A stretch of DNA of 64,000 nt from the human T2T-CHM13v2.0 reference genome, Homo sapiens: NCBI RefSeq assembly GCF_009914755.1, contig NC_060927.1. One strand, written 5' to 3'. The translations under genes and the position numbers were made by a program. This document shows, one piece after another, positions 12,901-27,604 of the stretch. The stretch's first letter is position 1; each line of letters opens with the position of its first letter. Under the pieces are notes generated by a model. That model had not been told where the DNA came from. It ran no database searches and saw only the letters and a list, made by a program, of their open reading frames with translations.

Positions 12901-15900
12901 TACTGTATATAAAATATGAAAGTACATCAAATATATATTTTATTCTGTACATAAAATATCAAAGTACACCAGATATATATTCTATAGTGTACATAAAATA
13001 TCAAAGTACCCAAACTATACATTATATACTGTACATAAAATACGAAATTACAGCAAATATATATTATATTAGGTACATAAAATATGAAAGTACATCAAAT
13101 ATAGATTATATACTCTACATTAAATACCAAAGTACCCCAAATATATATTTTATACTGTACATGAAATATCAAAGTTCACAAACTATATATTATATACTGT
13201 ACATAAAATATCAATGTACCCAAGGTATATATTCTATACTGCACAAAAAATATCAAAGTACCCAAAGCATGTATTATATACTGTATATAAAATATGAAAG
13301 TACATCAAATATATATTTTATTCTGTACATAAAATATCAAAGTACACCAGATATATATTCTATAGTGTACATAAAATATCAAAGTACCCAAACTATACAT
13401 TATATACTGTACATAAAATATGAAATTACATCAAATATATATTATATTAGGTACATAAAATACGAAAGTACATCAAATATAGATTATATACTGTAAATAT
13501 AATATCAATGTACCCCAAATATATATTTTATACTCTACATGAAATATCAAAGTTCACAAACCATATATTATATACTGTACATAAAATATCAAAGTACCCA
13601 AGGTATATATTCTATACTGTACAAAAAATATCAAAGTACCCAAAGCATGTATTATATACTATACCTAAAATATGAAAGTACATCAAATATATATTTTATT
13701 CTGTACATAAAATATCAAAGTACACCAGATATATATTCTACAGTGTACATAAAATATCAAAGTACCCAAACTATACATTATATACTGTACATAAAATATG
13801 AAATTACATCAAATATATATTATATTAGGTACATAAAATACGAAAGTACATCAAATATAGATTATATACTGTACATAAAATATCAAAGTACCCAATATAT
13901 ATTATATACTGTACATGAAATATCAAAGTTCACAAACTATATATTATGTACTGTACATAAAATATCAAAGTACCGAAGGTATATATTCTATACTGTACAA
14001 AAAATATCAAAGTACCCAAAGCATGTATTATATAATGTACATAAAATATGAAAGTACATCAAATATATATTTTATTCTGTACATAAAATATCAAAGTACA
14101 CCAGATATATATTCTATAGCGTACATAAAATATCAAAGTACACAAACTATACATTATATACTGTACATAAAATATGAAATTACATCAAATATATATTATA
14201 TTAGGTAAATGAAATATGAAAGTACATCAAATATAGATTATATACTGTACATAAAATATGAAAGTACCCCAAATATATATTATATACTCTACATGAAATA
14301 TCAAAGTTCACAAACTATATATTATATACTGTACATAAAATATCAAAGTACCCAAGGTATATATTCTATACTGTACAAAAAATATCAAAGTATCCAAAGT
14401 ATGTATTATATACTGTATATAAAATATGAAAGTACATCAAATATATATTTTATTCTGTACATAAAATATCAAAGTACACCAGATATATATTCTATAGCGT
14501 ACATAAAATATCAAAGTACACAAACTATACATTATATACTGTACATAAAATATGAAATTACATCAAATATATATTATATTAGGTACATAAAATATGAAAG
14601 TACATCAAATATAGATTATATACTGTACATATAATATCAATGTACCCCAAATATATATTTTATACTCTACATGAAATATCAAAGTTCACAAACCATATAT
14701 TATATACTGTACATAAAATATCAAAGTACCCAAGGTATATATTCTATACTGTACAAAAAATATCAAAGTACCCAAAGCATGTATTATATACTGTACATAA
14801 AATATGAAAGTACATCAAATATATATTTTATTCTGTACATAAAATATCAAAGTACACCAGATATATATTCTATAGTGTACATAAAATATCAAAGTACCCA
14901 AACTATACATTATATACTGTACATAAAATATGAAATTACATCAAATATATATTATATTAGGTAAATGAAATATGAAAGTACATCAAATATAGATTATATA
15001 CTGTACATAAAATATGAAAGTACCCCAAATATATATTATATACTCTACATGAAATATCAAAGTTCACAAACTATATATTATATACTGTACATAAAATATC
15101 AAAGTACCCAAGGTATATATTCTATACTGTACAAAAAATATCAAAGTATCCAAAGCATGTATTATATACTGTATATAAAATATGAAAGTACATCAAATAT
15201 ATATTTTATTCTGTACATAAAATATCAAAGTACACCAGATATATATTCTATAGTGTACATAAAATATCAAAGTACCCAAACTATACATTATATACTGTAC
15301 ATAAAATATGAAATTACAGCAAATATATATTATATTAGGTACATAAAATATGAAAGTACATCAAATATAGATTATATACTCTACATTAAATACCAAAGTA
15401 CCCCAAATATATATTTTATACTGTACATGAAATATCAAAGTTCACAAACTATATATTATATACTGTACATAAAATATCAATGTACCCAAGGTATATATTC
15501 TATACTGCACAAAAAATATCAAAGTACCCAAAGCATGTATTATATACTGTATATAAAATATGAAAGTACATCAAATATATATTTTATTCTGTACATAAAA
15601 TATCAAAGTACACCAGATATATATTCTATAGTGTACATAAAATATCAAAGTACCCAAACTATACATTATATACTGTACATAAAATATGAAATTACATCAA
15701 ATACATATTATATTAGGTACATAAAATACGAAAGTACATCAAATATAGATTATATACTGTACATAAAATATGAAAGTACCCCAATATATATTATATACTC
15801 TACATGAAATATCAAAGTTCACAAACTATATATTATGTACTGTACATAAAATATCAAACTACCCAAGGTATATATTCTATACTGTACAAAAAATATCAAA

Positions 15901-18900
15901 GTACCCAAAGCATGTATTATATAATGTACATAAAATATGAAAGTACATCAAATATATATTTTATTCTGTACATAAAATATCAAAGAACACCAGATATATA
16001 TTCTATAGTGTACATAAAATATCAAAGTACCCAAACTATACATTATATACTGTACATAAAATATGAAATTACATCATATATATATTAGGTACATAAAATA
16101 TGAAAGTACATCAAATATATATTTTATTCTGTACATAAAATATCAAAGTACACCAGATATATATTCTATAGTGTACATAAAATAACAAAGTACACAAACT
16201 ATAAAATATATACTGTACATAAAATATGAAATTACATCAAATATATATTAGGTACATAAAATATGAAAGTACATCAAATATAGATTATATACTGTACATA
16301 TAATATCAATGTACCCGAAATATATATTTTATACTCTACATGAAATATCAAAGTTCACAAACTATATATTGTATACTGCACATAAAATATCAAAATACAC
16401 AAGGTATATATTCTATACTGTACAAAAAATATCAAAGTACCCAAAGCAGGTATTATATACTGTATATAAAATATGAAAGTACATCAAATATATATTTTAT
16501 TCTGTACATAAAATATCAAAGTACACCAGATATATATTCTATAGTGTACATAAAATATCAAAGTACCCAAACTATATATTATATACTGTACATAAAATAT
16601 GAAATTACAGCAAATATATATTATATTAGGTACATAAAATATGAAAGTACATCAAATATAGATTATATACTGTACATTAAATACCAAAGTACCCCAAATA
16701 TATATTTTATACTGTACATGAAATATCAAAGTTCACAAACTATATATTATATACTGTAAATAAAATATCAATGTACCCAAGGTATATATTCTATACTGCA
16801 CAAAAAATATCAAAGTACCCAAAGCATGTATTATATACTGTATATAAAATATGAAAGTACATCAAATATATATTTTATTCTGTACATAAAATATCAAAGT
16901 ACACCAGATATATATTCTATAGTGTACATAAAATATCAAAGTACCCAAACTATACATTATATACTGTACATAAATATGAAATTACATCAAATATATATTA
17001 TATTAGGTACATAAAATATGAAAGTACATGAAGTATAGATTATATACTGTAGATAAAATATCAAAGTACCCCAAATTTATATTATATACTATACATGAAA
17101 TATCAAAGTTCACAAACTATATATTATATACTGTACATAAAATATCAAAGTACCCAAGGTATATATTCTATAGTGTACAAAAAATATCAAAGTACCCAAA
17201 GCATGTATTATATACCGTACATAAAATATAAAATTACATCAAATATATATTTTATTCTGTACATAAAATATCAAAGTACACCAGATATATATACTATAGT
17301 GTACATAAAATATCAAAGTACCCAAACTATACATTATACACTGTACATAAAATATGAAATTACATCAAATATATATTAGGTACATAAAATATGAAAGTAC
17401 ATCAAATATAGATTATATACTGTAAATATAATATCAATGTACCCCAAATATATATTTTATACTCTACATGAAATATCAAAGTTCACAAACCATATATTAT
17501 ATACTGTACATAAAATATCAAAGTACCCAAGGTATATATTCTATACTGTGCAAAAAATATCAAAGTACCCAAAGCATGTATTATATACTGTATATAAAAT
17601 ATGAAAGTACATCAAATATATATTTTATTCTGTACATAAAATGTCAAAGTACACCAGATATATATTCTATAGTGTACATAAAATATCAAAGTACCCAAAC
17701 TATACATTATATACTGTACATAAAATATGAAATTACATCAAATATATATTAAGTACATAAAATATGAAAGTACATCAAATATAGATTATATAGTGTACAT
17801 AAAATATCAATGTACACCAAATATATATTATACACTCTACATGAAATATCAAAGTTCACAAACTATATATTATATACTGTCCATAAAATATCAAAGTACC
17901 CAAGGTATATATTTTATACTGTACAAAAAATATCAAAGTACCCAAAGCATGTATTATATACTATACCTAAAATATGAAAGTACATCAAATATATATTTTA
18001 TTCTGTACATAAAATATCAAAGTACACCAGATATATATTCTACAGTGTATATAAAATATCAAAGTACCCAAACTATACATTATATACTGTACATAAAATA
18101 TGAAATTACATCAAATATATATTATATTAGGTACATAAAATATGAAAGTACATGAAGTATAGATTATATACTGTACATAAAATATCAAAGTACCCCAAAT
18201 TTATATTATATACTATACATGAAATATCAAAGTTCACAAACTATATATTATATACTGTACATAAAATATCAAAGTACCCAAGGTATATATTCTATAGTGT
18301 ACAAAAAATATCAAAGTACCCAAAGCATGTATTATATACCGTACGTAAAATATAAAATTACATCAAATATATATTTTATTCTGTACATAAAATATCAAAG
18401 TACACCAGATATATATACTATAGTGTACATAAAATATCAAAGTACCCAAACTATACATTATACACTGCACATAAAATATGAAATTACATCAAATATATAT
18501 TAGGTACATAAAATATGAAAGTACATCAAATATAGATTATATACTGTAAATATAATATCAATGTACCCCAAATATATACTTTATACTCTACATGAAATAT
18601 CAAAGTTCACAAACCATATATTATATACTGTACATAAAATATCAAAGTACCCAAGGTATATATTCTATACTGTACAAAAAATATCAAAGTACCCAAAGCA
18701 TGTATTATATACTGTACATAAAATATGAAAGTACATCAAATATATATTTTATTCTGTACATAAAATATCAAAGTACACCAGATATATATTCTATAGTGTA
18801 CATAAAATAACAAAGTACACAAACTATAAATTATATCCTGTACATAAAATATGAAATTACATCAAATATATATTAGGTACATAAAATATGAAAGTACATC

Positions 18901-21900
18901 AAATATAGATTATATACTGTACATTAAGTACCAAAGTACACCAAATATATATTTTATTCTGTACATAAAATATCAAAGCACACCAGATATATATTCTATA
19001 GTGTACATAAAATATCAAAGTACCCAAACTATACATTATATACTGTACATAAAATATGAAATTACATCAAATATATATTATATTAGGTAAATGAAATATG
19101 AAAGTACATCAAATATAGATTATATACTGTACATAAAATATGAAAGTACCCCAAATATATATTATATACTCTACATGAAATATCAAAGTTCACAAACTAT
19201 ATATTATATACTGTACATAAAATATCAAAGTACCCAAGGTATATATTCTATACTGTACAAAAAATATCAAAGTATCCAAAGCATGTATTATATACTGTAT
19301 ATAAAATATGAAAGTACATCAAATATATATTTTATTCTGTACATAAAATATCAAAGTACACCAGATATATATTCTATAGTGTACATAAAATATCAAAGTA
19401 CCCAAACTATACATTATATACTGTACATAAAATATGAAATTACAGCAAATATATATTATATTAGGTACATAAAATATGAAAGTACATCAAATATAGATTA
19501 TATACTGTACATTAAATACCAAAGTACCCCAAATATATATTTTATACTGTACATGAAATATCAAAGTTCACAAACTATATATTATATACTGTACATAAAA
19601 TATCAATGTACCCAAGGTATATATTCTATACTGCACAAAAAATATCAAAGTACCCAAAGCATGTATTATATACTGTATATAAAATATGAAAGTACATCAA
19701 ATATATATTTTATTCTGTACATAAAATATCAAAGTACACCAGATATATATTCTATAGTGTACATAAAATATCAAAGTACCCAAACTATACATTATATACT
19801 GTACATAAAATATGAAATTACATCAAATATATATTATATTAGGTACATAAAATACGAAAGTACATCAAATATAGATTATATACTGTACATAAAATATGAA
19901 AGTACCCCAATATATATTATATACTCTACATGAAATATCAAAGTTTACAAACTATATATTATGTACTGTACATAAAATATCAAACTACCCAAGGTATATA
20001 TTCTATACTGTACAAAAAATATCAAAGTACCCAAAGCATGTATTATATAATGTACATAAAATATGAAAGTACATCAAATATATATTTTATTCTGTACATA
20101 AAATATCAAAGAACACCAGATATATATTCTATAGTGTACATAAAATATCAAAGTACCCAAACTATACATTATATACTGTACATAAAATATGAAATTACAT
20201 CAAATATATTATATTAGGTACATAAAATATGAAAGTACATCAAATATAGATTATATACTGTAAATATAATATCAATGTACCCCAAATATATATTTTATAC
20301 TCTACATGAAATATCAAAGTTCACAAACCATATATTATATACTGTACATAAAATATCAAAGTACCCAAGGTATATATTCTATACTGTACAAAAAATATCA
20401 AAGTACCCAAAGCATGTATTATATACTATACCTAAAATATGAAAGTACATCAAATATATATTTTATTCTGTACATAAAATATCAAAGTACACCAGATATA
20501 TATTCTACAGTGTACATAAAATATCAAAGTACCCAAACTATACATTATATACTGTACATAAAATATGAAATTACATCAAATATATATTATATTAGGTACA
20601 TAAAATACGAAAGTACATCAAATATAGATTATATACTGTACATAAAATATCAAAGTACCCCAATATATATTATATACTGTACATGAAATATCAAAGTTCA
20701 CAAACTATATATTATGTACTGTACATAAAATATCAAAGTACCCAAGGTATATATTCTATACTGTACAAAAAATATCAAAGTACCCAAAGCATGTAATATA
20801 TAATGTACATAAAATATGAAAGTACATCAAATATATATTTTATTCTGTACATAAAATATCAAAGTACACCAGATATATATTCTATAGCGTACATAAAATA
20901 TCAAAGTACACAAACTATACATTATATACTGTACATAAAATATGAAATTACATCAAATATATATTATATTAGGTACATAAAATATGAAAGTACATCAAAT
21001 ATAGATTATATACTGTAAATATAATATCAATGTTCCCCAAATATATATTTTATACTCTACATGAAATATCAAAGTTCACAAACCATATATTATATACTGT
21101 ACATAAAATATCAAAGTACCCAAGGTATATATTCTATACTGTACAAAAAATATCAAAGTACCCAAAGCATGTATTATATACTGTACATAAAATATGAAAG
21201 TACATCAAATATATATTTTATTCTGTACATAAAATATCAAAGTACACCAGATATATATTCTACAGTGTACATAAAATATCAAAGTACCCAAACTATACAT
21301 TATATACTGTACATAAAATATGAAATTACATCAAATATATATTATATTAGGTACATAAAATACGAAAGTACATCAAATATAGATTATATACTGTACATAA
21401 AATATCAAAGTACCCCAATATATATTATATACTGTACATGAAATATCAAAGTTCACAAACTATATATTATGTACTGTACATAAAATATCAAAGTACCCAA
21501 GGTATATATTCTATACTGTACAAAAAATATCAAAGTACCCAAAGCATGTATTATATAATGTACATAAAATATGAAAGTACATCAAATATATATTTTATTC
21601 TGTACATAAAATATCAAAGTACACCAGATATATATTCTATAGCGTACATAAAATATCAAAGTACACAAACTATACATTATATACTGTACATAAAATATGA
21701 AATTACATCAAATATATATTATATTAGGTAAATGAAATATGAAAGTACATCAAATATAGATTATATACTGTACATAAAATATGAAAGTACCCCAAATATA
21801 TATTATATACTCTACATGAAATATCAAAGTTCACAAACTATATATTATATACTGTACATAAAATATCAAAGTACCCAAGGTATATATTCTATACTGTACA

Positions 21901-24241
21901 AAAAATATCAAAGTATCCAAAGCATGTATTATATACTGTATATAAAATATGAAAGTACATCAAATATATATTTTATTCTGTACATAAAATATCAAAGTAC
22001 ACCAGATATATATTCTATAGCGTACATAAAATATCAAAGTACACAAACTATACATTATATACTGTACATAAAATATGAAATTACATCAAATATATATTAT
22101 ATTAGGTACATAAAATATGAAAGTACATCAAATATAGATTATATACTGTAAATATAATATCAATGTACCCCAAATATATATTTTATACTCTACATGAAAT
22201 ATCAAAGTTCACAAACCATATATTATATACTGTACATAAAATATCAAAGTACCCAAGGTATATATTCTATACTGTACAAAAAATATCAAAGTACCCAAAG
22301 CATGTATTATATACTGTACATAAAATATGAAAGTACATCAAATATATATTTTATTCTGTACATAAAATATCAAAGTACACCAGATATATATTCTATAGCG
22401 TACATAAAATATCAAAGTACCCAAACTATACATTATATACTGTACATAAAATATGAAATTACATCAAATATATATTATATTAGGTAAATGAAATATGAAA
22501 GTACATCAAATATAGATTATATACTGTACATAAAATATGAAAGTACCCCAAATATATATTATATACTCTACATGAAATATCAAAGTTCACAAACTATATA
22601 TTATATACTGTACATAAAATATCAAAGTACCCAAGGTATATATTCTATACTGTACAAAAAATATCAAAGTATCCAAAGTATGTATTATATACTGTATATA
22701 AAATATGAAAGTACATCAAATATATATTTTATTCTGTACATAAAATATCAAAGTACACCAGATATATATTCTATAGTGTACATAAAATATCAAAGTACCC
22801 AATCTATACATTATATACTGTACATAAAATATGAAATTACAGCAAATATATATTATATTAGGTACATAAAATATGAAAGTACATCAAATATAGATTATAT
22901 ACTCTACATTAAATACCAAAGTACCCCAAATATATATTTTATACTGTACATGAAATATCAAAGTTCACAAACTATATATTATATACTGTACATAAAATAT
23001 CAATGTACCCAAGGTATATATTCTATACTGCACAAAAAATATCAAAGTACCCAAAGCATGTATTATATACTGTATATAAAATATGAAAGTACATCAAATA
23101 TATATTTTATTCTGTACATAAAATATCAAAGTACACCAGATATATATTCTATAGTGTACATAAAATATCAAAGTACCCAAACTATACATTATATACTGTA
23201 CATAAAATATGAAATTACATCAAATATATATTATATTAGGTACATAAAATAGGAAAGTACATCAAATATAGATTATATACTGTACATAAAATATGAAAGT
23301 ACCCCAATATATATTATATACTCTACATGAAATATCAAAGTTCACAAACTATATATTATGTACTGTACATAAAATATCAAACTACCCAAGGTATATATTC
23401 TATACTGTACAAAAAATATCAAAGTACCCAAAGCATGTATTATATAATGTACATAAAATATGAAAGTACATCAAATATATATTTTATTCTGTACATAAAA
23501 TATCAAAGAACACCAGATATATATTCTATAGTGTACATAAAATATCAAAGTACCCAAACTATACATTATATACTGTACATAAAATATGAAATTACATCAT
23601 ATATATATTAGGTACATAAAATATGAAAGTACATCAAATATATATTTTATTCTGTACATAAAATATCAAAGTACACCAGATATATATTCTATAGTGTACA
23701 TAAAATAACAAAGTACACAAACTATAAAATATATACTGTACATAAAATATGAAATTACATCAAATATATATTAGGTACATAAAATATGAAAGTACATCAA
23801 ATATAGATTATATACTGTACATATAATATCAATGTACCCGAAATATATATTTTATACTCTACATGAAATATCAAAGTTCACAAACCATATATTGTATACT
23901 GCACATAAAATATCAAAATACACAAGGTATATATTCTATACTGTACAAAAAATATCAAAGTACCCAAAGCAGGTATTATATACTGTATATAAAATATGAA
24001 AGTACATCAAATATATATTTTATTCTGTACATAAAATATCAAAGTACACCAGATATATATTTTATAGTGTACATAAAATATCAAGGTACCCTAACTATAT
24101 ATTATATACTGTACATAAAATATGAAATTACAGCAAATATATATTATATTAGGTACATAAAATATGAAAGTACATCAAATATAGATTATATACTGTAAAT
24201 ATAATATCAATGTACCCCAAATATATATTTTATACTCTACA

Positions 24242-26437
24242 TGAAATATCAAAGTTCACAAACCATACATTATATACTTTCCATAAAATATCAAAGTACC
24301 CATGGCATATATTCTATACTGTACAAAAGATATCAAAGTACCCAAAGCATGTATTATATACTGTACATAAAATATGAAAGTACATCAAATATATATTTTA
24401 TTCTGTACATAAAATATCAAAGTACACCAGATATATATTCTATAGTGTACATAAAATATCAAAGTACCCAAACTATATATTATATACTGTACATAAAATA
24501 TGAAATTACATCAAATATGTATTATATTAGGTACATAAAATATGAAAGTACATCAAATATAGATTATATACCGTACATAAAATATCAAAGTACCCCAAAT
24601 ATATATTATATACTATACATGAAATATCAAATATCACAAACTATATATTATATACTGTACATAAAATATCAAAGTACCCAATGTATATATTCTATAGTGT
24701 ACAAAAAATATCAAAGTACCCAAAGCATGTATTATATACTGTACATAAAATATAAAAGTACATCAAATATATATTTTATTCTGTACATAAAATATGAAAG
24801 TACACCAGATATATATTCTATAGTGTACATAAAATATCAAAGTACCCAAACTATACATTATATACGGTACATAAAATATGAAATTACATCAAATATATAT
24901 TATATTAGGTACTTAAAATATGAAAGTACATCAAATATAGATTATATACTGTACATAAAATATCAAAGTACCCCAAATATATATTATATACTGTACATGA
25001 AATATCAAAGTTCACAACTATATATTATATACTGTAGATAAAATATCAAAGTCCCCAAGGTATATATTCTATACTGTACAAAAAATATCAAAGTACACAA
25101 AGCATGTATTATATACTGTACATAAAATATGAAATTACATCAAATATATATTATATTAGGTACATAAAATATGAAAGTACATCAAATATAGATTATATAC
25201 TGTACATAAAATATCAAAGTACCCCAAATATATATTATATACTGTACATGTAATATCAAAGTTCACAACTATATATTACATACTGTACATAAAATATCAA
25301 AGTACCCAAGGTATATATTCTATACTGTACAAAAAATATCAAAGTACCCAAAGCATGTATTATATACTGTACATAAAATATGAAAGTACATCAAATATAT
25401 ATTTTATTCTGTACATAAAATATCAAAGTACACCAGATATATATTCTATAGTGTATATAAAATATCAAAGTACCCAAACTATACATTATATACTGTACAT
25501 AAAATATGAAATTACATCAAATATATATTATATTGGGTACATAAAATATGAAAGTACATGAAGTATAGATTATATACTGTACATAAAATATCAAAGTACC
25601 CCAAATTTATATTATATACTATACATGAAATATCAAAGTTCATAAACTATATATTATATACTGTACATAAAATATCAAAGTACCCAAGGTATATATTCTA
25701 TAGTGTACAAAAAATATCAAAGTACCCAAAGCATGTATTATATACCGTACATAAAATATAAAATTACATCAAATATATATTTTATTCTGTACATAAAATA
25801 TCAAAGTACACCAGATATATATTCTATAGAGTACATAAAATATCAAAGTACCCAAACTATACATTACATACTGTACATAAAATGTGAAATTACATCAAAT
25901 ATATATTATAATAGGTACATAAAATATGAAAGTACATGAAATATAGATTATATACTGTACATTAAATAGGAAACTACCCCAAATACATATTTTGTACTGT
26001 ACATGAAATATCAAAGTACCCAAGGTATATATTCTATACTGTACAAAAAATATCAAAGTACCCAAAGCATGTATTACAAACTGTACATAAAATATGAAAG
26101 TCCATCAAATAAATATTTTATTCTGTACATAAAATATCAAAGTACACCAGATATATATTCTATAGTGTACATAAAATATCAAAGTACCCAAACTATACAT
26201 TATATACTGTACATAAAATATGAAATTACATCAAATATATATTATATTAGGTACATAAAATATGAAAGTACATCAAATATAGATTATATACTGTACATTA
26301 AGTACCAAAGTACCCCAAATATATATTTTATACTGTACATGAAATATCAAAGTTCACAAACTATATATTATATACTGTACATAAAATATCAAAGTACCCA
26401 AGGTATATATTCTATACTGTACAAAAAATATCAAAGT
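24242..26437 (+). repeat. Dispersed, slightly diverged copy of block ~2825-5020 (offset 21,417 bp)
   Basis: ORFs 3938/25355, 4141/25558 and 4586/26003. Shared rare variants: ATACTTTCCAT, CCCATGGCAT, TATACGGTAC, GGTACTTAAA, TATTGGGTAC, TTACAAACTG, AAGTCCATCAAATAAAT. Confidence 0.9.
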
Positions 26438-27604
26438 ACCCAAAGCATGTATTATATACTGTACATAAAGTATGAAAGTACATCAAATATATATTTTATT
26501 CTGTACATAAAATATCGAGGTACACCAGATATATATTCTATAGTGTACATAAAATATCAAAGTACCCAAACTATAAATTATATACTGTACATAAAATATG
26601 AAATTACATCAAATATATATTATATTAGGTACATAAAATATGAAAGTACATCAAATATAGATTATATACTCTACATTAAATACCAAAGTACCCCAAATAT
26701 ATATTTTATACTGTACATGAAATATCAAAGTTCACAAAGTATATATTATATACTGTACATAAAATATCAAAGTACCCAAGGTATATATTCTATACTGTAC
26801 AAAAGATATCAAAGTACCCAAAGCATGTATTATATACTGTACATAAAATATGAAAGTACATCATATATATATTTTATTCTGTACATAAAATATTAAAGTA
26901 CACCAGATATATATTCTATAGTGTACATAAAATATCAAAGTACCCAAACTATACATTATATACTGTACATGAAATATGAAATTACATCAAATATATATTA
27001 AGTACATAAAATATGAAAGTACATCAAATATGGATTATATACTGTACATAAAATATCAATGTACACCAAATATATATTATATACTCTACATGAAATATCA
27101 AAGTTCACAAACTATATATTGTATACTGTCCATAAAATATCAAAGTACCCAAGGTATATATTCTATACTGTACAAAAAATATCAAAGTACCCAAAGCATG
27201 TATTATATACTGTACCTAAAATATGAAAGTACATCAAATATATATTTTATTCTGTACATAAAATATCAAAGTACACCAGATATATATTCTATAGTGTACA
27301 TAAAATATCAAAGTACCCAAACTATACATTATATACTGTACATAAAATATGAAATTACATCAAATATATATTATATTAGGTAAATGAAATATGAAAGTAC
27401 ATCAAATATAGATTATATACTGTACATAAAATATGAAAGTACCCCAAATATATATTATATACTCTACATGAAATATCAAAGTTCACAAACTATATATTAT
27501 ATACTGTACATAAAATATCAAAGTACCCAAGGTATATATTCTATACTGTACAAAAAATATCAAAGTATCCAAAGCATGTATTATATACTGTATATAAAAT
27601 ATGA

